DNA of 64,000 nucleotides from the human T2T-CHM13v2.0 reference genome, Homo sapiens (GCF_009914755.1 NC_060929.1), one strand, 5' to 3'; shown: positions 14,254 through 29,306, counted from the first letter of the stretch. The notes: a model not told the origin generated them from the sequence alone. Made by a program: numbers and translations.

Positions 14254-15123
14254 GATCTTTTGATTAACTGAAAATGTGAATTTTTATCTAACATATTTTG
14301 TTTTGCCTTTTTACCATTTCTAATATATTCTATTTTTACCAATTTTATTTATTGTAAAAAACATTTACATTTCTAAATAATTTTATTTTAGTTGTATTTT
14401 AGCTAGCATTATGTCTTGAGAAGTACCTAAAAGTTAAAGAAATAAGAGGTTACTGTATGGTAGGATTTGTAACTAAGAAAACAAGAAAAAATCTGTTAAA
14501 AGCCATCTTCACTAGAAAATTATACTATGAAGCAAAGACACCCATGGCTTATATACTTCATCAGAAAGAATAGCAGCTCCTTTATTAGAAAGAATAATAC
14601 ACAAGAGAGCTCTGGCTCTGAAAGATAATGGTGGTTGCTTGAATCTGATTCTTTCCACATATTATTTCCAAAAAAATTATTGACCGATATTCAAAATATT
14701 ATAAGACTCATAAGTAGTAAAATGCACACACATACATAAAAATTTCATAGTGTCTCCATCCCTAGGAAACAGAGAATGTCACAAAAAATGTTACTGTCTG
14801 TAAATAGAGATATAATCACCAACTTTTTTTAGTGCTGCTACACTACTGCAAGCCTCTATGTACAGAGAGCAAAGGTAGATATTCGAGGAAAGGATACTTC
14901 ATAGATTCCTTGAAAAAGTGGGGAGTATTTTATTAAATCATAAACAAAATTACCCTTATTGCCTTCAGCTAGATGAATGCCAAAATACTGAAACAATATT
15001 TTGAAATATTGAAATCTGGGATTGGTAGATCACAGCACCAACTACAGGAAGGTAGCTTGAAAGAAAATGGGTCCAGAAGTAAGAGACATAAAGAAACATT
15101 TCCTTGGAGGAGAAGATAAACAA

Positions 15124-15549
15124 TGTGCATTAGATCATTTTTGCATTGCTATAAAGAAATACTAGAGACTGGGTAATTTATAAAGAAAGGAGGTTTAACT
15201 GGCTCACAGTTCTGCAGGCTGTACAGAAAGTGTGATACCGGCATCTGCTTCTGGTAAGGGCTTCAGGAAGCTCACAATCATGGTGGAAGGTGAAGCAGAA
15301 ACATGTACATCACGTGGCAAGAGCAGGAGCAAGAGAGCAAGTAGCAGGGAGGTCCCAGATTTTTAACAACTAGATCTTGCGTGAATTAACTGAGTGAGAA
15401 CTCACATCTAGCCAAGAGGATGACGCTAAACTGTGCATGTGGGCCCGGCTCCCATGATCCAGTCACCTCCCACCAGGCTCCACCTCCAACACTGGGAATC
15501 ACATTTCAACATGATATTTGGGGGGAATACACATCTAAACCATATTACA
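15124..15549. mobile_element. MaLR LTR (MSTA/MSTB-like)
   Basis: ttgcattgctataaagaaatact..gagactgggtaatttataaagaaa...ggctcacagttctgcaggctgtaca. Confidence 0.85.
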
Positions 15550-15703
15550 AGGGGAAAATCAAATAGATAGATTAAATATTCTACAGAAATGAAGTAGAAA
15601 CCAGATTCACTCACACCTCACTTTCAACCACTACAGCCAACATAGTTCAATATTATAAAATTTACTAAACTGGGAGAGGTGGACGTTTTGGAACTTAGAA
15701 CCC

Positions 15704-16200
15704 TGTGTAGACAGCATGATGGCCCCCAAAGTTATCAACATTCATCATCCTGATTCCTGAAAACTGTGCATGTTTCTTTACGCAACAAAAGAGAAGGATT
15801 CATATGGATTGTTTGAAAATCAACTGAACTTAAAATAAGGAGATTATACTGGATTTTCCAGGTGAGGCCAATGTAGTCCAAAGGGTCCTCTGCAATGGAA
15901 AAGTGTAACAGAAGAGCAAGTAAGAGGGATGTGATGTAAGAAAGACTCAACCCACCAGTGATGAACTTAAGATACAGGGAGGGGGCCATAACTAAAGAAT
16001 GCAGGTGGTTTTAGAAGTTGAAAATGGCAAGGAAACAGATTCTCTCCTAGAGCTGACAGAAGGGGACTTAGCCTGGTGAACACCTTGATTTTAACTCAGT
16101 GAGACTTCTGAACTACTAAACTGTAATATTGTAAATTTTTGCTCCTATAATCCACTAAATTGTTGGTAACTTTTAACAGAAGTTTTAGAAAACTAATAGA
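15704..16200 (+). mobile_element. MaLR LTR (MLT1-type)
   Basis: ggcccccaaag...ggaaacagattctctcctagagc...gaaaactaata. Confidence 0.8.
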
Positions 16201-16453
16201 AACACTTTCTATAAAATACCTAAGGTTAGCAAATTTATATAAAAAATCCTCTGTATATATCTATGGTAAAAAGAGAAAATGCAAATAAAACTATTTCACT
16301 CATTGATTATTGTATGCCCAAAACATAAAGACACACATGCACACACATACTTACACAAGAGCAGAAATTAATATTATTACTTCTATTTGAAATAAATATC
16401 CAAAGTTAGCCTTCTAAGATTTTAAAAAGTAGTAAACAAAGCTCCCTAGAATC

Positions 16454-16922
16454 TGTGAAAGGAAAATAGAAACTCAGGACCACAGTTCATTATGCTTGAA
16501 AGAAAAAAATTAAGATGAAAGCTGAGTTATGTAAGAAGCTGCTCATGCAAGAAGCTGCCTTTCCTTTTGTTCCTAAGCAGATAACTACAGATAAAAGGTT
16601 AAATATCTCCACAGGTAGCTACTCTATGTTCACCTTATCTTAAGTAAAGTGCCAATTTACCGAGCACCAGATGAATACATAATCGACTATTCCCCTACCT
16701 GCTCCTTTTCTCTTGCAACATGTAGATTACCATACCATCCTTTTACCTCCAGCTCACTTTTTCCCTTTCAGTGTTGAAGCCCTCAAAATCAACTTTGGAG
16801 AAAAGCACAAACCACAAACTCTTTCTGCGCTTCTGTGATTTCTTCTTCTGGGCATGTCCTTATTCTCGGTAAATAAACTTCAAAATTGATTGAGACTTGT
16901 TTCAGATATTTTTTGGTTTACA
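16454..16922 (+). mobile_element. MER4-group solo LTR
   Basis: Starts tgtgaaaggaaaatag and ends aataaacttc...gattgagacttgtttcagatattttttggtttaca. Confidence 0.8.
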
Positions 16923-17050
16923 AATCAGATATCCAAAATAAAGACTAATAAAAGTGAAAATAAATGTGAAGATATTTGATTTAAAGAAGCAAACAAAAAG
17001 AAACAAAAATATCAGAACTAAGCCACAAATTACAAGTTTTTAGGTGAAAA

Positions 17051-17495
17051 TGATAGATGCAAGAGGAAAATAAGGGGAATCTCCTACCTGGAGAATCTCC
17101 TACCCACCCACAAGTGTTTAGGCTAGATGCTTTTGTGTAGATGAGAGAACCTGCCCAGGGTATTGTCTATGCATGTTGGCAAGGGACTGGGAACCCACCT
17201 GCACACCGTGGGGACGGGGTGGAACCAAAGGAAGTTCCTGTCTTGTGCAGAGGGGAAGAGTCTGGGCTCTTCAGCTCCTGTGTGGTGACGTGGTACTCAA
17301 TCCGTGAGCTGGGCGTCTTTTGGCAGGACTCCCTCTCACTTTGCTGAGTGTTTTTTCTTTCTTTCTTTCTTTTATCTTTTTCACCCAATAAATTCTGCTC
17401 TCCTCACCCTTCAATGTTTCCAGGTGCCTAATTTTTCCCGGTCGTGATGCAAGAACCCAAATTTAGCTGAATTAAGGAGCAAACATTCTGCATTA
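17051..17495 (+). mobile_element. ERV1-type solo LTR (MER48/MER61-like; family uncertain)
   Basis: Starts tgatagatgcaagagg, has AATAAA at 17387, and ends ...ttagctgaattaaggagcaaacattctgcat. Confidence 0.65.
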
Positions 17496-17928
17496 AAAAT
17501 AGATTAAAATGAAATCTAATGAAGCAAATGTACAAGACAAATTAAAGAAACAGTGGGAAATGGAAATGAAATCAAGAAATTCAAAGGTTCAGAGGTAAAA
17601 GTGATGGAAACAAAAGACAAGCTAAGAAAGTCCATCATCCATATAATTGGAGATTTTAAAGAAGAAGAAGAAAAACAAACAAACTGAATGAATGTATAAA
17701 GCTCTAATGCAACAAATCTTTTAAAAACAATTTTTAAAACTTTAATTAAACCTGTTGAAGTATTCCACCATTTACCCTGGAAAAAATTGGACTTAAAAAA
17801 ATCAATCCTGAAACATATTTTAGTAAAAGTTACACACTGTAAGACAAAGAAAAAAATTATTGGAAACTCTAAGCAAAAATATTAAGTTACTTTAAAATTA
17901 TGGAAATTAGGCTGTTATTAGACTTTTC

Positions 17929-18967
17929 TGTAAGGAAAAGAAAGAGAGATCAGACTGTTACTGTGTCTACGTAGAAAGGAAAGACATAAGAGACTCCACT
18001 TTGAAAAAGACCTGTACTTTAAACAATTGCTTTGCTGTGATGTTGTTAATTTGTAGCTTTGCCCCAGCCACTTTGCCACAGCCACTTTGACCCAACCTGG
18101 AGCTCACAAAAACATGTGTTGTATGAATGAACATGTAAGGGATCTAGGGCTGTGCAGGACATGCCTTGTTAACAAAATGTTTACAAGCAGTATACTTGGT
18201 AAAAGTCATCGCCATTCTCTAGTTTCAATAAACCAGGTGCACAATGCACTGCGGAAAGCCGCAGGGACCTCTGCCCTTGAAAGCAGGGTATTGTCCAAGG
18301 TTTCTCCCCATGTGATAGTCTGAAATATGGCCTCGTGGGATGAGAAAGACCTGACCGTCACCCAGCCCAACAACCGTAAAGGATCTGTGCTGAGGTGGAT
18401 TAGTCAAAGAGGAAAGCCTCTTGCAGTTGAGATAGAGGAAGGCCACCGTCTCCTGCCTGCCCCTGGGAACTCAATGTCTCGGTATAAAACCCGATTGTAC
18501 ATTTGTTCAATTCTGAGATCAGAGAAAAACCGCCCTATGGTGGGAGGCGAGACATGTTTGCAGCATTGCTGCCTTGTTATTCTTTACTCCACTGAGATGT
18601 CTGGGTGGAGAGAAACATAAATCTGGCTTACGTGCACGTCCAGTCATAGTACATTCCCTTGAACTTAATTATGACATAGATTCTATTGCTCACTCGTTTG
18701 TTGCTGACCTTCTCCTTATTATCACTCTGCCCTCCTACTACATTCCTTTTTGCTGAAATAATGAAGATAATAATCAATAAAAAACTGAGGGAACTCAGAG
18801 ACTGGTGCCAGTGCAGGTCCTTGGTATGCTGAGCGCCGGTCCCCTGGGCCCACTGTTCTTTCTCTGTACTTCTCTATACTTTGTCTCTGTGTCTTATTTC
18901 TTTTCTCAGTCTCTCGTCCCACCCGACTAGAAATACCCACAGGTGTGGAGGGGCAGGCCACCCCTTC
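17929..18967 (+). mobile_element. Solo LTR5 (HERV-K HML-2; LTR5A-like)
   Basis: tgtaaggaaaagaaagagagatcagactgttactgtgtct...gtggaggggcaggccaccccttc, with TATAAAA at 18483 and AATAAA at 18776. Flanks cttttc/ctttcc are a near 6-bp TSD. Confidence 0.93.
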
Positions 18968-20411
18968 CTTTCCAATGGAACATAGAGAATTGAGCAAAGG
19001 GGTAATACCATTTCAAGAAACTCAGGAAACAAAGTGCATGCCAAAGATTTGCATTTAGCCACATTGCACTTTAAATACAAAGGCTTCAAAAGAAACATTT
19101 TGAAATGGTAAAAATTCAAGTATGGCCCATGAATGTTTTTTGGGGGGACTCTAGTAAAAGATAAGCTTTATCCAAAAAAGAGATAGCTAGGGAAAGTTTA
19201 GTAAAATAATAAATTCTAAGATTGGATATATTAAATAACATTAAATTAATTCGATATATTAAAAAACATTAACATAACATAAATTAAGGTGATCATAGAG
19301 ACCAAACAATTGATTCATATCAATAAATCTGAATGGGCTTAATTTACCTATTTAAAAAGTCACATTGGTTCATAACACAAAACTCAATTCTTTCTTTGAA
19401 TTAATAAAAAATCATTTTAAAGGTTTGAATATTGAAAGAATAGCAAAACTCAAAGAGTTTTTAGTCATGAAATAGTTTCATTATAGATAAAGGATGCCAC
19501 ATTACTGTAACAACCAAAATCTGAGGTATAAGCTTCTTTGTACTCCAACTTGGAGGCTCATTGTCTTCATGTCTCACACAGCTATTGGATGAATGTGAAA
19601 CACCTTAGCATTAGAAAGCTGAGTTTTTCATGATGGAACTCTCTTGTACTGAGTTAGGCACATTCGAACTATATGAATAGCCTTGACCATTAAATTCTCC
19701 CAAAAAACACACAGGTACAAACCATGAATCAAAGTATTTTTTTCTTAGAAAATGTTTACAGGCTGATATATCCTGCTCTAGAACAACTTTCCAAATATGA
19801 TTACAAGAATGTTACCTAATTTTAGTTAACAAATTTTATGCATTTGCCACGAATTATTATCTGATCCATCTAGACCAGCGAATATTAACTCCCACTATGA
19901 GATTCTGTGTATAAAAGACATACTAAATCAAGGTAATTAAAAGACTAACAACAAAGGGATAAGAAAAAGATAACCATGCAAATGGAAATTGTAAGAAAGC
20001 AGCAGTTGCTATCTTGATACCAGCCAAATAAACTTAGTCAAAATATAATATTAAATAAAACAAAGAAGAAATATTTATAATGCTAAAAAGATTTACAAAG
20101 AAGATATAACAGTAATACCAAACAACACATTAACTACTTATAAAATGAAGAAAGGACAAGAGATGTAAGGAGAAATAGGAATATACTAATAGTAGGAGAC
20201 TGTACTATTCCACTTCAATATGACAGTTTGAGTGAAATAAAAATAAGAATGTAGATGATAGGTAATAGATGGATCAATTCTAAGAATAAATAAAATTTCA
20301 AAAAATCTTCAAAATTGGTGTCTATTTATAAAGAGTATACAGGAATAAAGAATTATTCTTTCAATTTATTGTATATTTGACTTAGTTCAAAATTAGACGT
20401 TACAAAATTTG

Positions 20412-20645
20412 TTACATACCATCAAAAAGCTATTACTTATCTACTTTTCTAGTTTTCATATAAGTATGTATTACATAGACATGTTATATATATGTAAACT
20501 AGAAAAGACAATATAGAGGTCTGTCTATATTCATATGTCTATATGTAAATATATGTATGTTTTACATATATAACATGCCTATGTAATGTATACATATATG
20601 TAAACTAGAAAAGTAGATGAGTAACAACTTTTTGATGGTGTGTAA
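20412..20645. repeat. Inverted repeat with ~85-bp arms
   Basis: 20412-20498 is the reverse complement of 20561-20645, with about 10 differences. Confidence 0.9.
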
Positions 20646-20787
20646 TATATTACAAATATTATATTATATATTGTGTAAATATGTATACATATTTCTGAAA
20701 ATTCTCCTGGTGAGGTCTAAACCAAATTTATTTAAAAATAAAAACAAATTCTATAAATTAAGAATATATGGTACCACAAGCTAAATC

Positions 20788-21099
<312 letters not shown>

Positions 21100-22049
21100 C
21101 ACAAACTAAATCTTATTATAGAAATAAATAATTTAAAGGCCAAAAGCTGAGAAGTGTGTGAATTATGGTAAATGTGAGAGTAAGAAAAAGTGATATCTGA
21201 ATCTTCTCTCAGATATTTTTATGCTACACATCAAATCTATATATAACTGCTAAAGAAATATTTGGTTTTATTTCCTTATCCACTCTTGATTTCCCCAAGT
21301 TCAGATAGTTACTACGCCACACTTATTTCTCATAGAAGAAAGCTTCCTTGCCTCACATTTGTTTTTCCATCTCTGATACCTTCAGTAGTATATATTAACC
21401 AGAGTAGAAGGAGGCATAAGTGTGTGGTTGGCATTCTTGAGTAAAATTATTCTGTTCCCTGTCTGAATCTAAATTTCTCAAACAGACAAGTAAAATTGAA
21501 TTTTCAAAGTTGCATATTGGTGTAGGAAGTCTAAGTTAAAGAGAAATTATATCCACTTTTCACCCAGCCCATTTGTAAATACTGAGGAATTGAGCAATTC
21601 ATAACAAGTAAAAGGAAAAGAAAGAAGTATATATTGGTCCAACTGACACAAAGTATATTTTTTAAATGGCAACTAAAGAGAAAAAAATACTCCCTGGCCA
21701 GATTGCAAGTTAGGCTACTATCAGGTTCATCTTATTTTTCTTCTGTATTTTTGTGATTCTAATCATCCCTCAAAAACCATAACATCCCTGCTACTAAATT
21801 CCCATTGTAAATTTTATTTTTATCTTGAATGAAATAAGGCTGAGATTACATTTGTTCCCCGTATCATTCTGAACAAAACATATTGTTCCCCAAATAGGTT
21901 TTGGTAGTGTTTAGTGATCTCTTTAACCTCTTTCTATCATTCCTTTCTCCAATCTGCCATTGAAACAAGGTCTGGTCATCCATGACAATCTTCCTAAGCT
22001 TCTTATGTCAGGTTTAATATTCATGAGCATTACAGGATTGATTAAAAGT

Positions 22050-22195
22050 CTAGGCATCTAGGCCTAGACTCTAGAGACAGGTGGCTTGTGTTCAAATCCA
22101 GCTGCCATTTTTATGAAGATTGTGATCTTTGGAAAGTTACTTAAACTCTTTATATTTCAGCTTCCTCAGATGTAAATTAAAGATAAATAGTATTG
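22050..22195. mobile_element. MIR fragment
   Basis: MIR core: gttcaaatcca...tgtgatctttggaaagttacttaaactct...tcagcttcctcagatgtaaa. Confidence 0.6.
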
Positions 22196-23121
22196 TCATG
22201 TTTCTTCTTGTTTCTCATGCCTGGTGCTGGTAGGCTGTTATTTCTCTGTATCTTCTATTGAAACCTATATATATTGATTTTCTTTAAAAGTAAAAACTGA
22301 AAATCTCAGAAGATATCAAAGTAAGCTGAGCTCTTACTGCTTTTGTTCAAGGTCATTTCAAATTCTGATGAAAGTAAACTTTTATTTTAATGACCTCACC
22401 TGGAAATGGGGACAAAATTTAAGACCTACCTAAAAACATTACAGACAAAAGTGAGTATCCAAAGGACTGTACTATCAGGACTGAACTCAAAACAAGCCTG
22501 TTCCTGCCTTGCTCCCTAACTATCAAAAGACTGCAGGAAGGATTCTCTTGACCCTGAAAAGGGCAGACAACGGGGAACCAGGCAATCATATTGAGAAGTA
22601 ATAGCATGTGGCCACAATCACAGGAGTTTATAACTAACAGTCTCATATCCTAGGTAGTTCAAATATTCTTAAGTCCTGAATTAAGTTCAGAGGTCTCATT
22701 TTTTTTTTTTTGACGAAGCTAAATCCATGGAGGAAGTGAATTGAGGAATGCATCTTCTTCCAAAACCCCACATTATTCCTACAAATATATGTATTTCAAA
22801 GGCAATAATCACTTCACCATCTAAGATAACTCTCAAAAACTACTATTCTTATGAAGAATCAACAGAAACTACAAAAACACTTTCTCAAAGAGTTTAGATA
22901 GTAATATCATTGGTTGATATTATGCAGGTTCTCCTGTCTGCCATGAAAAGAACATAGGATAGTTGCTGGGTATCCACTGATATCAGAATGAGAAGTGAAT
23001 CCAAACTGCAGGTGAAATAGACCTATAGATTCATGAGAGACAGTAATTATTGTATTTATTATAAATCACTGTGATTTAGGGGCTGTTTTTGGTGCAGCAC
23101 TACTATAGGCAAAACGTGACA

Positions 23122-23450
23122 GTCAAGCGCGGTGGCTCATGCCTGTAATCCCAGCACTTTGGGAGGCCAAGGAGGGCAGATCACCTGAGATCAGGAGTTC
23201 CAGACCAGCCTGGTCAAAATGGCGAAACCCAGTCTCTAATAAAAATACAATATTAGCCGGGCGTGTTGGTGCAAGCCTGTAGTCTCAGCTACTTGGGAGG
23301 CTGAAGCATGAGAATTGCTTCAACCGAGGAGGCAGAGGTTGTAGTAAGCCGAGATTGTGCCACTGCACTCCAGCCTGGGCAGCAGAATGAGACTCCATCT
23401 CCAAAAAAACAAAACAAAACAAAAACCAAATAAACAAACAACAACAAAAA
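23122..23450 (+). mobile_element. AluS with (CAAAA)n tail
   Basis: Dimeric Alu. Confidence 0.92.
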
Positions 23451-24124
23451 ACATGACTAGCAAGAAACACTAATAAGTATAGAGGCAAAATCAACAAAAT
23501 ATGAGGTAGGAGAAGAAGTTCAAATACTGTGTAAATAAATTAAATGGGAAGTTGCCTCACTATATTGTCTGGCAAAGAATCAAATTCACCACATTGGCAT
23601 TATTATATTATTATTTCTGCTATTAATATTCTAGATGCATTCTGATAAGTGGATGCTTACTTTCAGGTAGAGTTAACCGCTTAAATTAAACAAACTGGAA
23701 AAATAAAAGCATTTTTGTTGTTGGTGTGTTTTTTTTTCACCATTACATACTCATTTCCACTTCTTCAACCAACAAAATGTTAAATATATCTATATTCATG
23801 ACTTTCACTTTTACCAATGTAAATCAATCTAAAAATATACTAGAAGTAATTCCCCTGTATTTGAATTGTACTTATCAATGTATGTTTATTGATATTCATT
23901 CTGAGTAAAAATTATATCCACATCTATTAGAATTCATAGAAAGTCAGCTGTAACTGCTGTATTATAGGAATATGGACTATACGTGTGGTTCAAATACTAC
24001 CTCTTTTTAAACTAAAAATTTTATTCTCTGTAACATTGTTGACAGAAATCTTCTCACTATCATTGCTCCCCTGAGAGATCAAGATTATTTTTTTCTTACC
24101 AATAATAGAGGTATGGATAAGACA

Positions 24125-24330
24125 ACTAGCCTTAGACAGACTCACTTTTGTTTTCCAGCTCTACACTATGATAGGAATACAACTTTGGGTAATTGTGTTT
24201 CTATTCCTGGATTTCCTCATATGTAAAATGGAGATGATAATAGTACTTACCTCAGAGATTCATTGTGACAATAAAATGTGTTACTATATGTAAGACAATG
24301 AATAATCCTGAAACATAATAGGCAAATAAA
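24125..24330. mobile_element. MIR fragment
   Basis: tttcctcatatgtaaaatggagatgataatagtacttacctcagagattcattgtga. Confidence 0.65.
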
Positions 24331-26305
24331 TTTTTGTTACTATCAATATCATCATCATCATAATCACCACCACCTATATCTTCTTTTTCATTATTGTAAA
24401 TTAGACACATTCTTAAGATTCCATGTATACGTTTTCCAGGTTCAAACATTAAAAGTATTGTTTATAAGGGGAATCTTATGCACTTAAATCTACCACTAAA
24501 ATGATGTCCCTTATGTTTTCATTAATTTGGAGAAGAACCTTTGTGTTTATCTTTATTTTTCTTGCTTTTTCAACAAAATTAAAAGACGTATACTAAGAAA
24601 CATATCAAGGTACAAAATTAATTGTGTTCAGCATTCTATATTAGTAATTTATAGGAGCATCAATTTTATACATATGGGAGTTAAGGCATTATAAGATAAT
24701 CTTTAAATAATAATTCTCTTTGTCAATAAAAACACACAAAAATTGTTTCACTTTTTCTTATTTCTGCCTCAAAAATAAAATTTATAAAAGAGTGCATTGA
24801 GTGTGTGTTTTTTTCTATCTAGTCATCTACATGCTGTCTGCTCAGACTATCACTTTTAGGAAGATGATGTAAGAAAGTTCAATATAGAGCTGGCATAATT
24901 GTGCATAGCTGCTGTCAAGAATTCCTAGGCAGAGACTGTCAACTTAAAAGGTTACTGTGACATTTCTAGAATATGTTTTTTCAAATATGAATGAAACATG
25001 TTGCCTTTTTGGTTGAGGGTGGGGAAGGCATGGAACCTGACATTTTTCACACTGCCAAAATTAGAAAACAAAGTATTGCAATGCCAAGATTAATCAATCA
25101 CTCAACAAATATTTATGTGAAACCTATTTAGGTGCCCAATACACTGCTGGAACCTACTTTTTATCAGGTTTAAGTGTTTAATCAAATGTAACCTAAAAAT
25201 CAAGGAGCTGCTTTCCTCTAAATTATATAGTCTTGCCAAGAGAATGTAACATTCATACACTGAAACTACTAAAGTACCTATATCCTTCTAGAAGAATATT
25301 TTTTATGCTCACATTAATAAAAATGCAGTCAAATTCAAGCTATAATAAAGCTTAACTCTTTGAAGAAACAGAAATATAAAATTTAATTATGTTGTTAAGA
25401 TGTTAAATAATAATTATTTGCAGTGCTAGTTTTACTCTTGTAAAAGAAGTGTAGGATGATATGCCAGAAGTAGAATCAATGACTAGATTTGGCAGTCTTT
25501 TACAAAGATGCATTGATATTAGCAAAACCATTTAGGAAAGTTTCACTTAAACTATATTAGTAGTGAGAATAATGGAAACAAAGGTAAACTGTAAACTATA
25601 ACACTGAAATGAATTTTACACATTGGAAAAAGCTCATTTAGAATCCTTTTGATTGTAAAAGGAGAGAGGCAGAGATCATGGCAAGAGTCTCAGATATACT
25701 TCTAAATATTTCACATCATGTGGGAGGTTTCTTCAGATAAATCTGGGGCTGGAGTTGCTGTGTTGTTCTTCCTGTGGAGTTGTAAATGTCATGTTCCAAA
25801 TTCAGGAGAATTCCACAGCTGGAATTTTTTTTTAACCAACTGTCTACCAGTTTTCTATTATGTGCTTGTTAATCTTTAATCCTTTCCTATCTAAATCCTC
25901 TAATTTAATAAAGAATTGTACATTGTGCTGCTTTATATACCCTTTTAAAATAATCTCATTTTTAATGAGCAAAAAATAAGCTTGAACAAATTATCTTTAT
26001 TTGCCTTTTCCTTGTTTGTTTTCTGCCCTAATTACATTTATGAAGTATACTTTTTCCTTCTGTTTGATTAGTTAGTTGCCAAATCTGAAAATGAATTAGT
26101 GTAAGTAGTTCAGCTTGGAGGTAAGTAGTATATTTGTAGCCTTAAAGAATTAATAAGATTCTCAAGAGAACCATATACAAATTGCAATATGTATAATAAA
26201 CATTGGAATGAAGTGAAATAAAGTTTTGTTGATATATACTTATGTAACTATTGACAAATATATACATATATCAGATATATGTGGATACACATAGTTTATA
26301 TGTAT

Positions 26306-26358
26306 TTATAAACTGTATTGTGTATTATAAACTGTATTGTGTATTATAAACTGTATTA
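26306..26358. repeat. 19-bp tandem repeat (~2.7 copies) in TA-rich low-complexity DNA
   Basis: Unit ttataaactgtattgtgta. Confidence 0.8.
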
Positions 26359-28982
26359 TATATGTATTGTGTGTGTGAGTATATATGTACATATACACAC
26401 ATACTTTTATTATTATATCTATAGTTTGTATACAGTTTTGCTGATTTAAAATGAGGTGGTAGTTAAAGTCTATATTTTATTTTTTATAGTCATCTTTGTA
26501 CCTTTGCCTCTAAGCATCTTTGCTCATTGTTTTCAATTCTCTCCACTCATTTTATTGGTCTTGTTGTGGGTTCTTGATTCAAGTTAGTCTCTAAAGTTTA
26601 TGGCTAGGAACATTTCAAGGTTTTCTTTGCAATTAACAGCATGGCAGTATCAGCAAGGGAAACTTGTTACAAGTAATCAGGAAAATACAAAATTAACCCT
26701 TTATACTTAATAATTATGGCCTGAAACAAACAAAGAATATGCAAAGCAAATAAACTCAAAAATTGAACTTGTCAACCAAAAAGTGAATGAGACAGAGCTC
26801 AATTCATTAAAGGCTTATTTTGCCAAAGTTGAGGGTACATCTGGAAAAAAGAAAGAAAAGTCACAGTAAGAGCTGCAACTTGCGCTTTTTCCAAAAAGAG
26901 TTTTGGGAACTTCAATATTTAAAGGGAAAAGAGTAAACAGGAGGGGAAGGAAAAAAAGGAGGATGAGTAGGCAATGAGGCAAGTGCTTATGTTCTTGTGA
27001 GGATCTGATTAGCACTCAGTGAATTTGTGCTCAGTGAATCTACATATTACACGGAAAAAAAAGAGAGTGGAGAGAAAAGTGAATTATGCATTCATCTTGT
27101 GCTCAGTAAATCTACATTTTTGCATAAGATTAAGTAAGCATGTGAAATTACAGCTATCTGTTTGGGAACAGAAAGGAGGCAGTTTTTGCATGACTCAGTT
27201 CCCAAGCTTAACTTTCGTTTTGGCATAGGGAGTTTGGAGTCCAAAGGTTCTATTTTTCTTATACATTTCCCCCATTTTCTTCAAAATCTTTCAGAGAAAG
27301 TATTGGTCTGCATGAATTGGATAACTTTTTGCCTCCTTAAAAAACTTGAGGTTCCTGGGCCTGTCAGAAAGTGGCATTCTTAATAGGATGTGACATTCTT
27401 TACAGGATCCCTGTAAAAAACCTGCATAGACAAGGTACAAAAACAGTATTTCAAAGGGGATTTTGTCAACCCTGTAATGTTAATCTCAATTCCACAAAGC
27501 AGTTGGTTCATACCTAAAGTATGTCATTCCGGTTAAAGCCTTGGTATAATAACTAGTGTCTCCAATTGTGTTCTATTACAAAAGGAAACAGATTCTTATT
27601 GAACTTATGCAAATACCTATATTGCTGTAAATTAAGAATACTCACAAATAGTTTCCAAATTCTGGATAAATCAGATAGATAGAAAGAAATATGTTTCAAA
27701 ATTTACTCACAAGGGTATACTTTACTCAATTGTTACAAGCTATACTTTGCTCAAAAGAAAAAAAACTTTTATTTACTCTCAGAAACAAAACAAAAAGAAT
27801 CAGCAATGTTTCAAACAAAAATAAAGTCATAAAAATTATTTCATTCCTCTACTAGTTCAGTCTCTTAAAATTAACTCATTCCACTTGACAGTGGTTAGTA
27901 ATTCTTATGAATATATGAGCTCTTCAGTGAGAGTCCTGGAAGTATTTTCCCTAGTCTAATGGCACAATCTCTAAGATTATCCAACACCTGCACTTAAGAA
28001 CACCCATCAGAGTCCTTTATAGAAATTTCCTTTGAGAAATCGGTTTTGCATTATAACTGATGATTAACTGCTTTTGAGAAGGATCAAAATAAAATAATAA
28101 TTGTCTGTGGATGACACAAAAATGTTAAACACCGTTTCATATTTAACAATGCTTTCTGTATGATTTTATTATATCAAATGATCTGAACATGTCTCTTTTG
28201 GACTTCAAGTGTCCTAACATCTAAAAAAGTTAATGAGATCAATAAGACTGAATTTAGGACATAAAATTTTGACTTTGGAGTTTTTCAAGTATCAAAGGTT
28301 TCAAATTCTTGATATTACAAAATGGGATAACAGGTCTCTATAAAAGTAAGTCATTTGACTAGCCAAAATGATAATTAAAGATTTTAAAAAGAAAATCTTC
28401 TACTCTGATAGGGAGGAGACTCATTCCCAAACAATAAGATAAAATAAAGATGGCATAATGCCTACTTAATCTGTTCCTTTTTCTTTCCCCTTTTTTGTAG
28501 TTTACTCAAAAGGTAAACAAAAATATGTTATTATCTGTTTATACTACACAAAAATCTTGTTCAAAAGAGAAAATTTTATTTTTACATAGTGTATTCTTAA
28601 CATTAGAGGCAATTTTAAATAAAATCTTATAAACATATCCACCTAATCTCAGTTTGACCATAAGGTAAGATTTCAATAAACCATAATGTTTTACAATTGT
28701 TTTCCACATTCTCTCTTTTCCAACTTTCTGTATCCATTCAGTTTTAGCTATCATTCTTTTTCATTTTTTCAATTTGAGTAAAACCTCAAAACTAGGTAAA
28801 ATTATTCCCTTTAACAAAAAACGTGTTTCCATGCCTTCCTATTACCTTTTTACCAAAAACACATTCTATTTTCCTTTACATTTTACATATAAAATTGTTT
28901 CACTAATATTTAATTGTTTTAATAAGATATATTATTTGTAATGTTAACTCTTAGTAACTCTTATTTTTAGGGAGAGGCCTAG

Positions 28983-29306
<324 letters not shown>

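Larger units (their letters stand above)
16200..20300 (+). mobile_element. Fragmented old L1M 5'/ORF1-ORF2 region hosting the LTR cluster
   Basis: A-rich decayed L1-like segments between and after the LTRs (catataattggag, taccatgcaaat, atagtaggagact). Confidence 0.55.

Noticed and set aside
18087-19119. Cluster of 60-97 aa ORFs
   Set aside because: They lie within or straddle the solo LTR5 and show no protein-family motifs.
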